A DNA stretch of 31,291 nucleotides from a virus (lineage: Duplodnaviria; Caudoviricetes), in IMG/VR virus record IMGVR_UViG_3300028072_000014, positions 1 through 31,291 of that record; one strand, given 5' to 3'. The position numbers and the translations under genes were made by a program. Below are positions 18,473 through 27,379 of the stretch, piece after piece (positions within the stretch are counted from its first letter, which is position 1; each line of letters begins with the position of its first letter). The notes under the pieces are model-generated. The model was not told where the DNA came from. It searched no databases and saw only the letters and a list, made by a program, of their open reading frames with translations.

Positions 18473-19676
18473 ATTGACCTCCAGTAGCTGTTGAGCCTCC
18501 TACTGTTCCTGGGAAGAAGGTTGCTCCAGCTCCGTTAGTCCATATTACAGAATTAGCATTTGCTGAGTATCTTGTACCTGTAGCTGTTCCCGTAAAGACT
18601 TGGGTAGAAGGACACTGTATTAAACCGAGTCTATCTGTAAACGCAAAGGTTGAGGAGAATGTAGGATTATTTACTAATGTTATTGTTCCAGCGCCTGTAA
18701 CTATTATTTCTCCTCCTGATGTAGCGAAATAATGATTTTGCGCATTACCGGAGATGGTGTAAGAGTTTAGTTCAATTATTCCACCGTTCTCTGCATTACA
18801 GTGGTTTCCTGAATTAGACGTACCAAAGATAATGTTATCTCCATAAATCCAACCTCCAGCATCTGCTAAAAGACAAGCCCCTCCTACACTATTAGATATA
18901 AGTGTCATTCCCTGAAAATCATATTCAAAATAACCACACTCTACCGCAGTAAAGCAGGCGAGAGAATTGCTAGTTACTGTAACGTTAGCAGGAGAACCTG
19001 TATTTCCCACTATTAAAATAGGACCGGTGTGTCCTGCATTTCCTCTTCCTGTATACGGAAAGAGAGCAACATTCTCTGGATAGTTTCCATCTGCTAGTTG
19101 AATAGTTAGTGCATTACCATCTAAATCATAATCAGTAGCTGCCACCAGCACAGCGTGTTGGATAGTCTTGAAAGCGTGTCCACTTCCAGGAGCTAATCCA
19201 TTATTAGCATCACTTCCATTTATTACGTCTACATAAAGAGTGAGAGGACTTGTAAGTCTTGTTCTCCATAACAAAGCAGGAGTAGTAGTTATAGTGCTAT
19301 TAAATGTTACGGGGTTATTAAAGGTAGTAGTATTAGAAAAGGTACTAGTACCGCTGTAAGTGTTATTTCCTGATACGGTGTTGTTACCGTTGAGGAGACC
19401 AACCACTGCACCTGAAGTACCTACGGGAGGTACTGTTATGCTAGGGTTGCTTACAACATCAATGAGACGAGCAGGAGAGTTAACAGTAGCGGGTGAAGGG
19501 AGATTGAGAATCTGGTTGTTGTTCATATCTAGGTTACTTTCCATGGGATTAGGAGAAGTACCATCTCTAGATAGAGTGTTATCCATTGCTGTCGTTAAGA
19601 CAGCATTGTTACTGTTTATTGCAGCGATGAGAGTATTATCAATACTCCCCACACTCGCTAATGTTATTTTAGACAT
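18465..19676 (-). CDS. Tail fibre/tailspike 1 with probable parallel beta-helix domain, 403 aa
   Basis: Same N-terminal anchor, then LYVD...GSDANNGL...AFKTIQHAV...TIQLADGNYPE, the usual cap of pectin-lyase-like beta-helices, followed by Asn/Gly-rich coils. Confidence 0.8.
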   Translation of the reverse strand: MSKITLASVGSIDNTLIAAINSNNAVLTTAMDNTLSRDGTSPNPMESNLDMNNNQILNLPSPATVNSPARLIDVVSNPSITVPPVGTSGAVVGLLNGNNTVSGNNTYSGTSTFSNTTTFNNPVTFNSTITTTPALLWRTRLTSPLTLYVDVINGSDANNGLAPGSGHAFKTIQHAVLVAATDYDLDGNALTIQLADGNYPENVALFPYTGRGNAGHTGPILIVGNTGSPANVTVTSNSLACFTAVECGYFEYDFQGMTLISNSVGGACLLADAGGWIYGDNIIFGTSNSGNHCNAENGGIIELNSYTISGNAQNHYFATSGGEIIVTGAGTITLVNNPTFSSTFAFTDRLGLIQCPSTQVFTGTATGTRYSANANSVIWTNGAGATFFPGTVGGSTATGGQYV

Positions 19677-19679
19677 ATA

Positions 19680-20495
19680 CTAGCTCCAGTTACCCACTAC
19701 ACCTGAACCCATTTCCCATACACGGAAATAAGAACCTGCGAGAAGAATAACACCGGGAGTACCTGTTGCGCCTGGACGTGCACTTGCTTTGAGCTGAGGA
19801 ATTACTGTTCCACCAGCATTAACAACAAACACACCATAGCCTTCAATAGCAACCTGTTCAGTTGCAGATGTTGACGATGCAGTTGCAACAACAGCTGTTG
19901 ACATTGTGGTGCTCGAAATGAAACCAGAGAGACCACCAGTGGATGGCGTATTTGCTGTAGTTCCGCTATTTCCAAAGACCTGGTAATTTGTACCAGCACT
20001 GAAAGTAGCAGTACCTGCGAACAGAGTTGCCCATGTATGTGCTGTAGTTCCTGTATTAGTTAAGTTATACAGGAATTCAAATATATAGGTCTTACCTGCT
20101 ACCAGAGTAACCGCACCATTAGTAATGGAAGGATTGGTAGTTGCAGTAAAGACTGGAGCAGCAGCAGCTGTATCCAAACCTGTGTTGTTGTAAGTAGCGC
20201 TGTTTGCTGTTGCGATAATCAGCTGTTCTGCGTCTACCTGTTGTCTTGCGGAAGCAACAGAAGTTGCATAAAATGCAGTACCATCGAACTCAACAGCACC
20301 TGCGGAAGCGGTAGTAAGATTTGTACCTGCAGTAAAAACCAACGGAGCTACCGTGGCTGTACCTGCAGGAGGAGTAAGCGATCCACCTACGTCAATAGCA
20401 GTTCCCTGCTGACCTGGGGCGGTTGCGCCTACACGAAGATTATTGACGATTAGGTCATTACCACCTAAGTCAACTTGACGTGATTGATCAACCAT
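19680..20495 (-). CDS. Putative virion structural/fibre-like protein, 271 aa
   Basis: Very Thr/Ala/Gly-rich beta composition, GAVEFDGT.FY motif, AAAGGA upstream, located between the capsid and tail fibre genes. Confidence 0.6.
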   Translation of the reverse strand: MVDQSRQVDLGGNDLIVNNLRVGATAPGQQGTAIDVGGSLTPPAGTATVAPLVFTAGTNLTTASAGAVEFDGTAFYATSVASARQQVDAEQLIIATANSATYNNTGLDTAAAAPVFTATTNPSITNGAVTLVAGKTYIFEFLYNLTNTGTTAHTWATLFAGTATFSAGTNYQVFGNSGTTANTPSTGGLSGFISSTTMSTAVVATASSTSATEQVAIEGYGVFVVNAGGTVIPQLKASARPGATGTPGVILLAGSYFRVWEMGSGVVGNWS

Positions 20496-20510
20496 TTATA
20501 GTCCTTTCAG

Positions 20511-20543
20511 TAAGACAAGGGAGGGATTAGCCTCCCTTGCTTA
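20511..20543 (-). terminator. Stem-loop after the capsid/decoration genes (leaky terminator or mRNA stabiliser)
   Basis: CAAGGGAGG (20516-20524) pairs with CCTCCCTTG (20531-20539) around a 6-nt loop, extended by TAAG/CTTA with one bulge. The U-tract on the minus strand is weak. Confidence 0.65.
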
Positions 20544-20550
20544 AGTATAA

Positions 20551-21270
20551 TTACTGATTGATATTGCCGTAGATCGTGTACTTAATACGGACTTTGATGA
20601 GACCGTTAGTAAACGAGCCAGAAGCAATAGTAGACAACCATGCATTCGTTGGAAGTGGGGTGAGTGTATTAGTCACCAACGGGGTGTTGATGCCAATCCA
20701 CGTACCACCGCCAGCAGCATTTGTAGCACCGGAGTTAAAGCCAGTGGCGCCAGGGGCGGTCCACGTGGTCTTTCCGACACTCGTTGCCATTGTTGCAGTG
20801 AGCAGAGCATTCAGAATCTGTACACCGTTGTTCGGGGTTACCTGAACAAACGTTGCGGGGTTAGTACCGGCATCTGCGGGAGATGACGCGGTAACGAGAC
20901 CCATTGAGATTGAAGTACCACCAGTAGCAGTGATGAGAGGCACAACCTCTACCTGTTCAATGAACAGCTGAGGGTTGAGCATCGTAATCGTAGTACCACC
21001 TGTATTAGGGGCAGTGACCTGAAGAGGGAAGAAAGTCGTGAGAGACTGAATTCCCGCTGCAATTGCTGTAGTGGTTCCTGAGAATGATGTAGGCGGAGCG
21101 GGTACTGCTGTAGCACCGCTGCCTGCGAGATAAGGAACGAGAGGGACTAGAGCCTCAACTTCACGGTTTTCACCGTAAATGAGGTAGTCACCTGCCATTT
21201 CTGGGATTGCTTTCTGCGTACCAAACTGCAGATGCAATCCATCTTGGTTAAGCCAAGTTCCTGCGACCAT
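20551..21270 (-). CDS. Capsid decoration / minor capsid protein
   Basis: Directly after the major capsid gene with AGGAGA; WLNQDGL.LQFG N-terminus and FTNG.IKVRIKY C-terminus; beta-rich. Confidence 0.65.
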   Translation of the reverse strand: MVAGTWLNQDGLHLQFGTQKAIPEMAGDYLIYGENREVEALVPLVPYLAGSGATAVPAPPTSFSGTTTAIAAGIQSLTTFFPLQVTAPNTGGTTITMLNPQLFIEQVEVVPLITATGGTSISMGLVTASSPADAGTNPATFVQVTPNNGVQILNALLTATMATSVGKTTWTAPGATGFNSGATNAAGGGTWIGINTPLVTNTLTPLPTNAWLSTIASGSFTNGLIKVRIKYTIYGNINQ

Positions 21271-21285
21271 TGTGTTTCTCCTATA

Positions 21286-22245
21286 TTAGGTTGGGACCAC
21301 AGAGGTCGAGGTAAGAACCGTAACCATGTTCTCTGGACGATAGAGCTTGAAGCCCCATTCAGCGAACGTAGCGTACTCTTCCTGCTGGAGATCTTTGTTG
21401 AACTCCGAGTAGACAGTGGGCATCTGACGGAAGGCACCTACCCATGGGAGAGTGTCACCGGGAGCCGCTGAGAAGAAGAAGTTAGCTACACCACTAGTTA
21501 CTGTTACGCCTGAGATGGTTTCTGAAGCAATAGCAGGGAGGTAGTTTGATTCGTAAATGTCGAAACCAAAGACCGAGAACCTGAACTTGAAACCTGTGAC
21601 GAGACCTTCTTTGGGAATGTCATTCCACGTGGGAACAGGCGAGAGCAAGTTCACAACGTTAGTCTGAGTTTCGAGGGTGTATGCAACAGAAGGATCTACA
21701 ATAGCACAGAGATTGGTCAGAGGAACGTTAGCCTTTGTGAGGGCGTAGCGTGCTCGTGCAAAGTCTTGGAATGTAATAGCCTGGGATGTACCCGAGCCTA
21801 CCCACCTGTGATCTGCGAGGTTAATAATGTTTGTTGCCGATGCAGTTTGACCCGAATTAGCTTTAGCGAGAATGTTCGTTTCTACAGCTTCCATAATTGC
21901 ACGATGTTGTCGTGGAACGAAAGCAGCAATAACGTCTGCTGAATAGTAGCTATCTCTCTTGAACTTCTCCGAAATGGCATTGGCAGAGTAAACATAGTTA
22001 TCGAAGCTAAAGGTAAAGTTACCAGTATCCATCGCGTTGTACTTGATGGCCTGTCCTTCTGTGAAGGGTGCAACTTCAGCTTCACCAATCGATGGGATGT
22101 TAATCTGGTATCCATCGGGAAAATCTGAGATAATTCGGACAAACTTCATGGCATTTAACTCATCGAGGAGCAGTTCTTTGATCGTACGAGACCAAAGATT
22201 AGTCCTGATGAGAAAATTTGTGTTGGCGTCCATAAAGCCAGCCAT
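21286..22245 (-). CDS. Major capsid protein
   Basis: LIRTNLWS..IKELLLDEL..MKFVR...DFPDG...NIPSIG...DTGNFTF...DSYY...FVP.Q.RAIM...GFKLYRPEN resembles SIO1/VpV262-like capsids. Strong AAGGAG; follows the scaffold gene. Confidence 0.92.
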   Translation of the reverse strand: MAGFMDANTNFLIRTNLWSRTIKELLLDELNAMKFVRIISDFPDGYQINIPSIGEAEVAPFTEGQAIKYNAMDTGNFTFSFDNYVYSANAISEKFKRDSYYSADVIAAFVPRQHRAIMEAVETNILAKANSGQTASATNIINLADHRWVGSGTSQAITFQDFARARYALTKANVPLTNLCAIVDPSVAYTLETQTNVVNLLSPVPTWNDIPKEGLVTGFKFRFSVFGFDIYESNYLPAIASETISGVTVTSGVANFFFSAAPGDTLPWVGAFRQMPTVYSEFNKDLQQEEYATFAEWGFKLYRPENMVTVLTSTSVVPT

Positions 22246-22278
22246 AATGTTTCTCCTTTAAGTTAAGTTTAAGTTAAG
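22246..22278 (-). promoter_or_regulatory. Capsid gene leader: 11-bp tandem repeat (CTTAACTTAAA x2 on the mRNA) abutting the GGAG ribosome-binding site
   Basis: + strand TTTAAGTTAAG at 22257-22267 and 22268-22278; the mRNA reads TAA-CTTAACTTAAA-CTTAACTTAAA-GGAGAAACATT-ATG. Confidence 0.7.
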
Positions 22279-23043
22279 TTAGAATTTGATGCGCGCATCC
22301 TTCGCATACTTAGAATAGTCTCCATCTTCGAATTTATCTCCGAGACGAAGAGCATCATTGTGCATTTGAAGTTGTGTTTCGCGAGACATCCATGATCGTG
22401 GGTTTGTCTGTTTGAGTTGCTGATAATACGACCAAGTTCTTTCCTGTTGAGGAGGAGGAGCTGCAGTAGTATTTTGCTGTGAGCGAGGAGGAGTAAAGAA
22501 GTCCCGGGTCCTGGTCTCTTGTTGTGCCTCTAATCCCAATGTCTTGAATACAAGACGAGGATTGCGTTCAGCTAATTCAGTTAACTCTGAGGAAGACATC
22601 CCCAAGTCATCTAGTTGTTGTTTGAGAGAATTATGGTAGTTTTCACCATACTTCTCTACGAGTTTGTTCTTAACGGAGTTGAAGTTGTCCACTCTCTTCT
22701 TGTTCTCCTCAATTTGAGAGAGTTTAGAAGAAATGAGATCTTCAATCTGTTTGGGATCTATAGCTGGTTTAGTCTCTTCTTTCACGGTAGGGTTGTTGTT
22801 ACTCGTAAGATCTCTCATCTGGGTCGCGAGAGTTTCTAGGTCAGCTTTGGTGGCTCTAGAGTTTGATTCCTCTTGGAGCCTAAGATAGGCATCTCTCATC
22901 TCATCTTTTTGTCTAGTGAGCATATCGACATACTTATCTGCATCGTATTTACGTTGAGCAAATTTAACGGGGTCAGCTTTTGCTTCGTCTATTAACTTTT
23001 GTAAATCAGTGTTGCTGTTATTGTCTAACATTAAATCATTCAT
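22279..23043 (-). CDS. Capsid scaffolding protein
   Basis: Charged, helical/coiled-coil 254-aa protein between portal and capsid. Confidence 0.78.
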   Translation of the reverse strand: MNDLMLDNNSNTDLQKLIDEAKADPVKFAQRKYDADKYVDMLTRQKDEMRDAYLRLQEESNSRATKADLETLATQMRDLTSNNNPTVKEETKPAIDPKQIEDLISSKLSQIEENKKRVDNFNSVKNKLVEKYGENYHNSLKQQLDDLGMSSSELTELAERNPRLVFKTLGLEAQQETRTRDFFTPPRSQQNTTAAPPPQQERTWSYYQQLKQTNPRSWMSRETQLQMHNDALRLGDKFEDGDYSKYAKDARIKF

Positions 23044-23288
23044 CGGTTGTCCTCGATATTAATTATTTTGAGTATTTTGTTTAAGGACTGGTGTTGTCCT
23101 TTGTTAAAGGCTTCTCTAATTGCCCAATTAGGATTATCAAAATCAAGAGAAGTAATCTCAATTGTTTGTTTCTCTTCTTCGACAATTTGTTTTAATCTCT
23201 CAAATAGGGCTTTAGAACCTCTTATGTATTTAGAAAATTCTTCTTGTTCTTTAGGGCTTTTGAGATGTTTGGTCCATCCCAGGTACAT
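23040..23288 (-). CDS. Small hypothetical protein after the portal (about 82 aa)
   Basis: ORF track 23040..23348. The ATG at 23288 (MYLGWTKHLK) follows AAGGA and reduces the portal overlap. DFDNPNWA.REA..G motif. Confidence 0.7.
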   Translation of the reverse strand: MYLGWTKHLKSPKEQEEFSKYIRGSKALFERLKQIVEEEKQTIEITSLDFDNPNWAIREAFNKGQHQSLNKILKIINIEDNR

Positions 23289-25104
23289 TAGATTGTCCTT
23301 GCTGCTGTTGTTGTAAGTCTTGTGAGAAATCCATATCGTAATCACCATTCATGCCTGTCGCAGTCATGGTGTATTGATGTAATTGTTCTTCGAGAGCTTG
23401 TGCTTGTTTCTGTGCATCCATTTGTTCTGCGAGAGCTATGTAAGGAACAACCATCTCGTATTCTTCAATGTTGAAGGTCTTCTCAAACATCTTGGCTAGT
23501 TTAATACCTGAGATGTGTGGTTGTACTGTAGGCCATAGGTTAGACCCAGCGAGATTAGTTAAGTTCTGTACTAAGACTGATTGCTCTGCAAAATGACGAG
23601 CTGCTACTGGTCTTATACGGCCTATACCTGTAATGTCATCTACAGTTAAGGTTTGGAAAGTAGCGAGCTTAAATTCGTCGTCCATGACGCGGATTGTGGT
23701 GGGTCCTGTCATATTGCGGCGGGCTAGTTCGAGCATCGCGTTGAGCAAGGGCTCTAACATTTGCTCTTCAAATTGTTTTATCTTATGTTGGAAGATACGA
23801 GCAGCAGCGTTCTCGAGAGACTGTACTTCGTATTTAGTCTTTTCACCGGGAGAGCGGAAGCCCATGGCTTCTCTGGGAGCACCAGCCATCTCTTCCATTT
23901 GCTGTTCGAGATGCTGTATCTCCAGATTAGCGTTGAGAGCTTGTACATCGGGTACAATCATCTCAACATCTCCATCTTCAGAGACGAAGATCTTTTCTCC
24001 GGGTTGCCATACGAAATCTTGTACAAACCCCTTTACTTTCTGTACGGGATATGTAACGAGATCAAATACGTCTGCTTTCATATTCTCGACGTGATCGAGT
24101 CGATATTGCATACCGACGAGATTGTCGAGAGGACCCATGCCCCAGAGGTTATCTTGCTTCTTTCTCCAGGGAACATGGAAGATAGGAGGATAACCGAAGT
24201 AACTCGGATTAGGTCTGTCATCAACAATTTTGTGCCTATCGATTACCGTTATCACTCTGTTTTCTTGATATTCATCATTTATAAAGTCGTACCAATCTCC
24301 GTAAAGTGTTATAATCTCAACCCAGTTAGACAGTAAATAATGCCTATAGGAGGAGAAGCCATCCATTTGATAGAGACGATCACGCTGTATCCAATCTCCT
24401 TGAAAGGTACGTGCATGGAAGCGTATCTCTTTGAGATACTTAAATAATTCTTCGTACATATGTCTATTCTCGTCATTGGAGAGACGTTCTAATAGACGAC
24501 GCACTTCACCCATAGATATGAGGGTACGTATGAATTTAGGAGATTGTATATAGTTTTCTGCAGTGGGATTCATCACCGTATCGAGGGGTGATATCCGTTT
24601 AATCATAGGTCCCACAAAACCTACTTGTGTTTTATCGGGTTGTTCTGATCTTTGGTCTACCCACTCTACTGTTCCAAAGCCATTACCAAAATCGACATAA
24701 TCCATGATGATTTTATCGAGTTCATGCTTAAACTGGGGCTGTGTTATCACCCAATTCATATAGTTTGTAATAGCTAATGCTTTCTCAGCATCTGCTGATT
24801 CTTCTGCTGCAGGCTGCCATTCTAACCATTTAGAGTACTGAGAAGGGAAGAGTGTGGCACCATAGTTGGCCAGTAGATTGTCTCTAATTTGACAGAGCTT
24901 TGGAACGGTGGTCTTGTTCTTCCAGGGGAGTTGATTGTTCGTAGTTTGAGTAGTGTCCGTAGCATAAATATACCTTCGTATTTCTTCCCAGTCGTTCTTC
25001 TTTACTTGACGGAGAGTTTCCCATTCGATGTACCTTTCAGTGAGACGGGTAGCCTTTTGATCGGGGTTTATTACATTTAAAAGATCTAGGACTTTACCGG
25101 TCAA
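23251..25104 (-). CDS. Portal (head-to-tail connector) protein
   Basis: LPWKNKTT.PKLCQIRDNL.ANY, RISPLD, DNLWGMGPLDNLVGMQYRLDH.EN.KAD and MEEMAGAPREAMG.RSPGEKT; follows the terminase. Confidence 0.92.
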   Translation of the reverse strand: MTGKVLDLLNVINPDQKATRLTERYIEWETLRQVKKNDWEEIRRYIYATDTTQTTNNQLPWKNKTTVPKLCQIRDNLLANYGATLFPSQYSKWLEWQPAAEESADAEKALAITNYMNWVITQPQFKHELDKIIMDYVDFGNGFGTVEWVDQRSEQPDKTQVGFVGPMIKRISPLDTVMNPTAENYIQSPKFIRTLISMGEVRRLLERLSNDENRHMYEELFKYLKEIRFHARTFQGDWIQRDRLYQMDGFSSYRHYLLSNWVEIITLYGDWYDFINDEYQENRVITVIDRHKIVDDRPNPSYFGYPPIFHVPWRKKQDNLWGMGPLDNLVGMQYRLDHVENMKADVFDLVTYPVQKVKGFVQDFVWQPGEKIFVSEDGDVEMIVPDVQALNANLEIQHLEQQMEEMAGAPREAMGFRSPGEKTKYEVQSLENAAARIFQHKIKQFEEQMLEPLLNAMLELARRNMTGPTTIRVMDDEFKLATFQTLTVDDITGIGRIRPVAARHFAEQSVLVQNLTNLAGSNLWPTVQPHISGIKLAKMFEKTFNIEEYEMVVPYIALAEQMDAQKQAQALEEQLHQYTMTATGMNGDYDMDFSQDLQQQQQGQSNVPGMDQTSQKP

Positions 25105-26669
25105 AGTACACCACCAAAGCGTTGATTATAGTTGAAAGAGGGTTTTGTTTCACGTAAGTTGAGAAAGTTCATGGGAGGAACAGCGAAGTCAATGGCTGAG
25201 GCAAGTGCATCTTTAATGTCATCATGTGCGGGATTATGATATATGAGTTCTTCTTCTAGGGCTTGACAGTTACCACCTAAGTAATGCCATATCTGTCTAT
25301 TGGCATATCTAGGTTCTAGGGTTGAGAGTATTCGTTCTTCTTTGGAACCTTGCCAACGAGAAGGACGGTATTCATCTACTATGAGAGACAGCCCATTGGG
25401 TCTAATATAATTCTCTTTGAGATCTTTTACTATAACAGACTGAGCTGCGCTTACTTCTGCTCTTATTTTTCTGAAGCCCCATTTGTTATATAACTTTAAG
25501 ATCCTGTTGAAATATTCACTTATTTTGTCTGTTTTGAATCTATCTATCTCTAGAATGTAGTAATTATTTTGAGAGTCTGTTCCTACAACGACAATGGAAG
25601 AGTAGTCACTCTTCTTACCTGTGGTATAAGCAAAATCTACTGCAGCTACTATGTTGACTCTGTTATTTTTAAAGAACCATCTTCCATCTCGGTGAGAGAG
25701 AAAGTTCTGGTCATAGTACTGGAAGAGGTCCCTTTGGATAGGGGACGATTCAGCGTCGTGTGGATCATTATAGTATTGGGCCCTGAAGTGTAGTTTATTG
25801 AGATATTGGGACCGCTTTGTAGCCAGGGTTGCTGTGTCAAATCCGAACCACTTACCATCAGGGCACTTTGTGCGTGGCCAGATGAACTCTCCTGTACCAT
25901 CTCCGACCGTTTCCACTGCCCATTCCCGGTTATCAAAGAGTGGAGTTTTGTTACATACGTTGCCAAGTTCGTCATGCTCTTCTATTTCTAATCCTATTAA
26001 TTCTGCGTATAAATCATCGGGGTGATACCTAGTACCTACTACCCATTCTTGTCCATTTACCGTTTCAATTGAAGAGAGGAGTGAATATTGATCTCTTACT
26101 TTTTCTCGTCCTTCTTCCGTATACGCGTTACCAGCAACCACAACATCGTCAAGAACGGCAATATCGCAATGCATACCAACGATATTAGTAGTAAGTCCAG
26201 CTGTAAATATAGAGGGATCGCGGATTGCATCTTCTTTCCTTTGTGGATGATCTACTGATATTTCTCGTTGGGTCCATAGTTCTCTCTTTGCTTCTTCTTT
26301 GTAAATCATATCTGGCCAATGGGCTCTGTAGTTATCATTCGTCAAGATATCTTTGATAAACTTCAACTGTTTAATGGCCAAGTTAGAAGTAGAAGATATG
26401 TATAAGATACGTAGCGAAGGATTCCTAGTTAGAGCCCAGGCCACCCTATAGGCTACCAAAGCACTCTTCATATGCTCACGAGGGAGGAGAAGCAACTGAT
26501 GTGTTTTAGCTTCTTTAGATGTCCACCATGAGATTACTTCTCTGTGAATGTTACCCAACCATCTTTTAGGATGTACTAGTTTAATAAACTCAACGAGAGA
26601 AGACTCAGCGAGTTGTTTTCGTGCTAGTCTCTCGGTGGAAAGGGATGGAGTCTTCTTCTTTGTCGCCAT
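25101..26669 (-). CDS. terL: Terminase large subunit
   Basis: LLLPREHMKS Walker A variant, G.HCDIAVLDDVV Walker B, VGTRYH coupling motif, AVDFA...SDYS RNase H-like nuclease and HDDIKDALA. Confidence 0.95.
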   Translation of the reverse strand: MATKKKTPSLSTERLARKQLAESSLVEFIKLVHPKRWLGNIHREVISWWTSKEAKTHQLLLLPREHMKSALVAYRVAWALTRNPSLRILYISSTSNLAIKQLKFIKDILTNDNYRAHWPDMIYKEEAKRELWTQREISVDHPQRKEDAIRDPSIFTAGLTTNIVGMHCDIAVLDDVVVAGNAYTEEGREKVRDQYSLLSSIETVNGQEWVVGTRYHPDDLYAELIGLEIEEHDELGNVCNKTPLFDNREWAVETVGDGTGEFIWPRTKCPDGKWFGFDTATLATKRSQYLNKLHFRAQYYNDPHDAESSPIQRDLFQYYDQNFLSHRDGRWFFKNNRVNIVAAVDFAYTTGKKSDYSSIVVVGTDSQNNYYILEIDRFKTDKISEYFNRILKLYNKWGFRKIRAEVSAAQSVIVKDLKENYIRPNGLSLIVDEYRPSRWQGSKEERILSTLEPRYANRQIWHYLGGNCQALEEELIYHNPAHDDIKDALASAIDFAVPPMNFLNLRETKPSFNYNQRFGGVL

Positions 26670-26943
26670 TTAGCTTCTTTTCGTTTACCAAGATTCTAGT
26701 ACGGAGCATCCAGAGATCATTTTGAACTTCTCCAAAACGCTGATCATCATGTCTCTCATGATATTCTAATTTATCTAATATTTTCTGCTGTGTTTGAAAT
26801 ATAGATCTATCAATAGTGTTAAATCTACCTGATAACACCCACACAACACCAGCTACGCTTCCTAATACTCCAAATATAGCAGTTAACAGAGGAAGAATAA
26901 TTTGAAGTATGTTATCCACTTTAAGTAAATTGACCCACTGCAA
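26605..26943 (-). CDS. Single-pass membrane protein with a coiled-coil tail; GTG at 26919 is an alternative start
   Basis: Hydrophobic ILQIILPLLTAIFGVLGSVAGVVWVLS followed by a charged helix with HERHDDQRF. Confidence 0.6.
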   Translation of the reverse strand: MQWVNLLKVDNILQIILPLLTAIFGVLGSVAGVVWVLSGRFNTIDRSIFQTQQKILDKLEYHERHDDQRFGEVQNDLWMLRTRILVNEKKLNGDKEEDSIPFHRETSTKTTR

Positions 26944-27238
26944 AGACAGACACAGAAGCTCCTGTAGTTATGTTCCAGGCTCCTGTTTTGGAGTAAGCTC
27001 CTACAGGGACATAGGTAACATAGGGGAGGACTGTAGCTGTACCTGCAGGGATAGATATTACTGCTGTAGTGCCATCTTTAACTGTTACTAATCCAGGGGT
27101 AGTTGTAGCAGCTACTACAATAATACCTTTTAAATAGTCTCCTGTAGCGCCTACGGCGCCTAAGACTTGACTAGTTTGAGAAGCAGCTACTGTAAAGTAT
27201 TGTCCTGCTGGAGTGTTGGGACTAACGAATTGTGTCAT
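26921..27238 (-). CDS. Small beta-rich putative virion protein, 105 aa
   Basis: Thr/Ala/Gly/Val-rich; LGAVGATGDYL.GI...GAWNITTGA.VSV.AVG.F; AGGA upstream. Confidence 0.65.
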   Translation of the reverse strand: MTQFVSPNTPAGQYFTVAASQTSQVLGAVGATGDYLKGIIVVAATTTPGLVTVKDGTTAVISIPAGTATVLPYVTYVPVGAYSKTGAWNITTGASVSVFAVGQFT

Positions 27239-27315
27239 GCTTAGCGGTTTTCCTGGGTAAAGCTATTGATGCTTAGCGGTTTGGGGTTTAAGGGTGAGTG
27301 TATGCTTGGCGGTTT
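27237..27315. repeat. Three 14-bp direct repeats ATGCTTRGCGGTTT with a 32-33 bp period
   Basis: 27237-27250 and 27269-27282 are identical; 27302-27315 has one mismatch. The 18- and 19-bp spacers are unrelated. Confidence 0.9.
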
Positions 27316-27379
27316 CAGTTTTAGGTCTTCCACCTAGTTTACCGAGCCTTTGAGCATCTTTATTTATCTTTTTAACCAT
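27263..27379 (-). CDS. Basic mini-protein, 38 aa (MVKKINKDAQRLGKLGGRPKTETAKHTLTLKPQTAKHQ); not in the ORF track
   Basis: The ATG overlaps the end of the upstream gene and the ORF fills the intergenic gap. Its LGKLGG motif echoes LGAKGG in the upstream protein. Confidence 0.5.
   Translation of the reverse strand: MVKKINKDAQRLGKLGGRPKTETAKHTLTLKPQTAKHQ

Noticed and set aside
20551-22245. The decoration gene is in frame with the capsid gene (TAA plus 5 sense codons), suggesting a readthrough fusion
   Set aside because: There is a one-in-three chance of being in frame, TAA is rarely read through, and the downstream gene has its own AGGAGA site.
23633-24336. Long + strand ORFs (153 and 191 aa) opposite the portal, and similar antisense or nested ORFs elsewhere in the track
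   Set aside because: These are shadows of well-supported genes, with no motifs or ribosome-binding sites.
26463-26483. Deviant terminase Walker A (PREHMKS)
   Set aside because: PRxHxKS variants are normal in this terminase group and the other motifs are intact.
27237-27315. Mini-CRISPR interpretation of the repeat-spacer pattern
   Set aside because: 14-bp repeats and 18-19 bp spacers are too short, and there is no cas context. Kept as a regulatory-type repeat.
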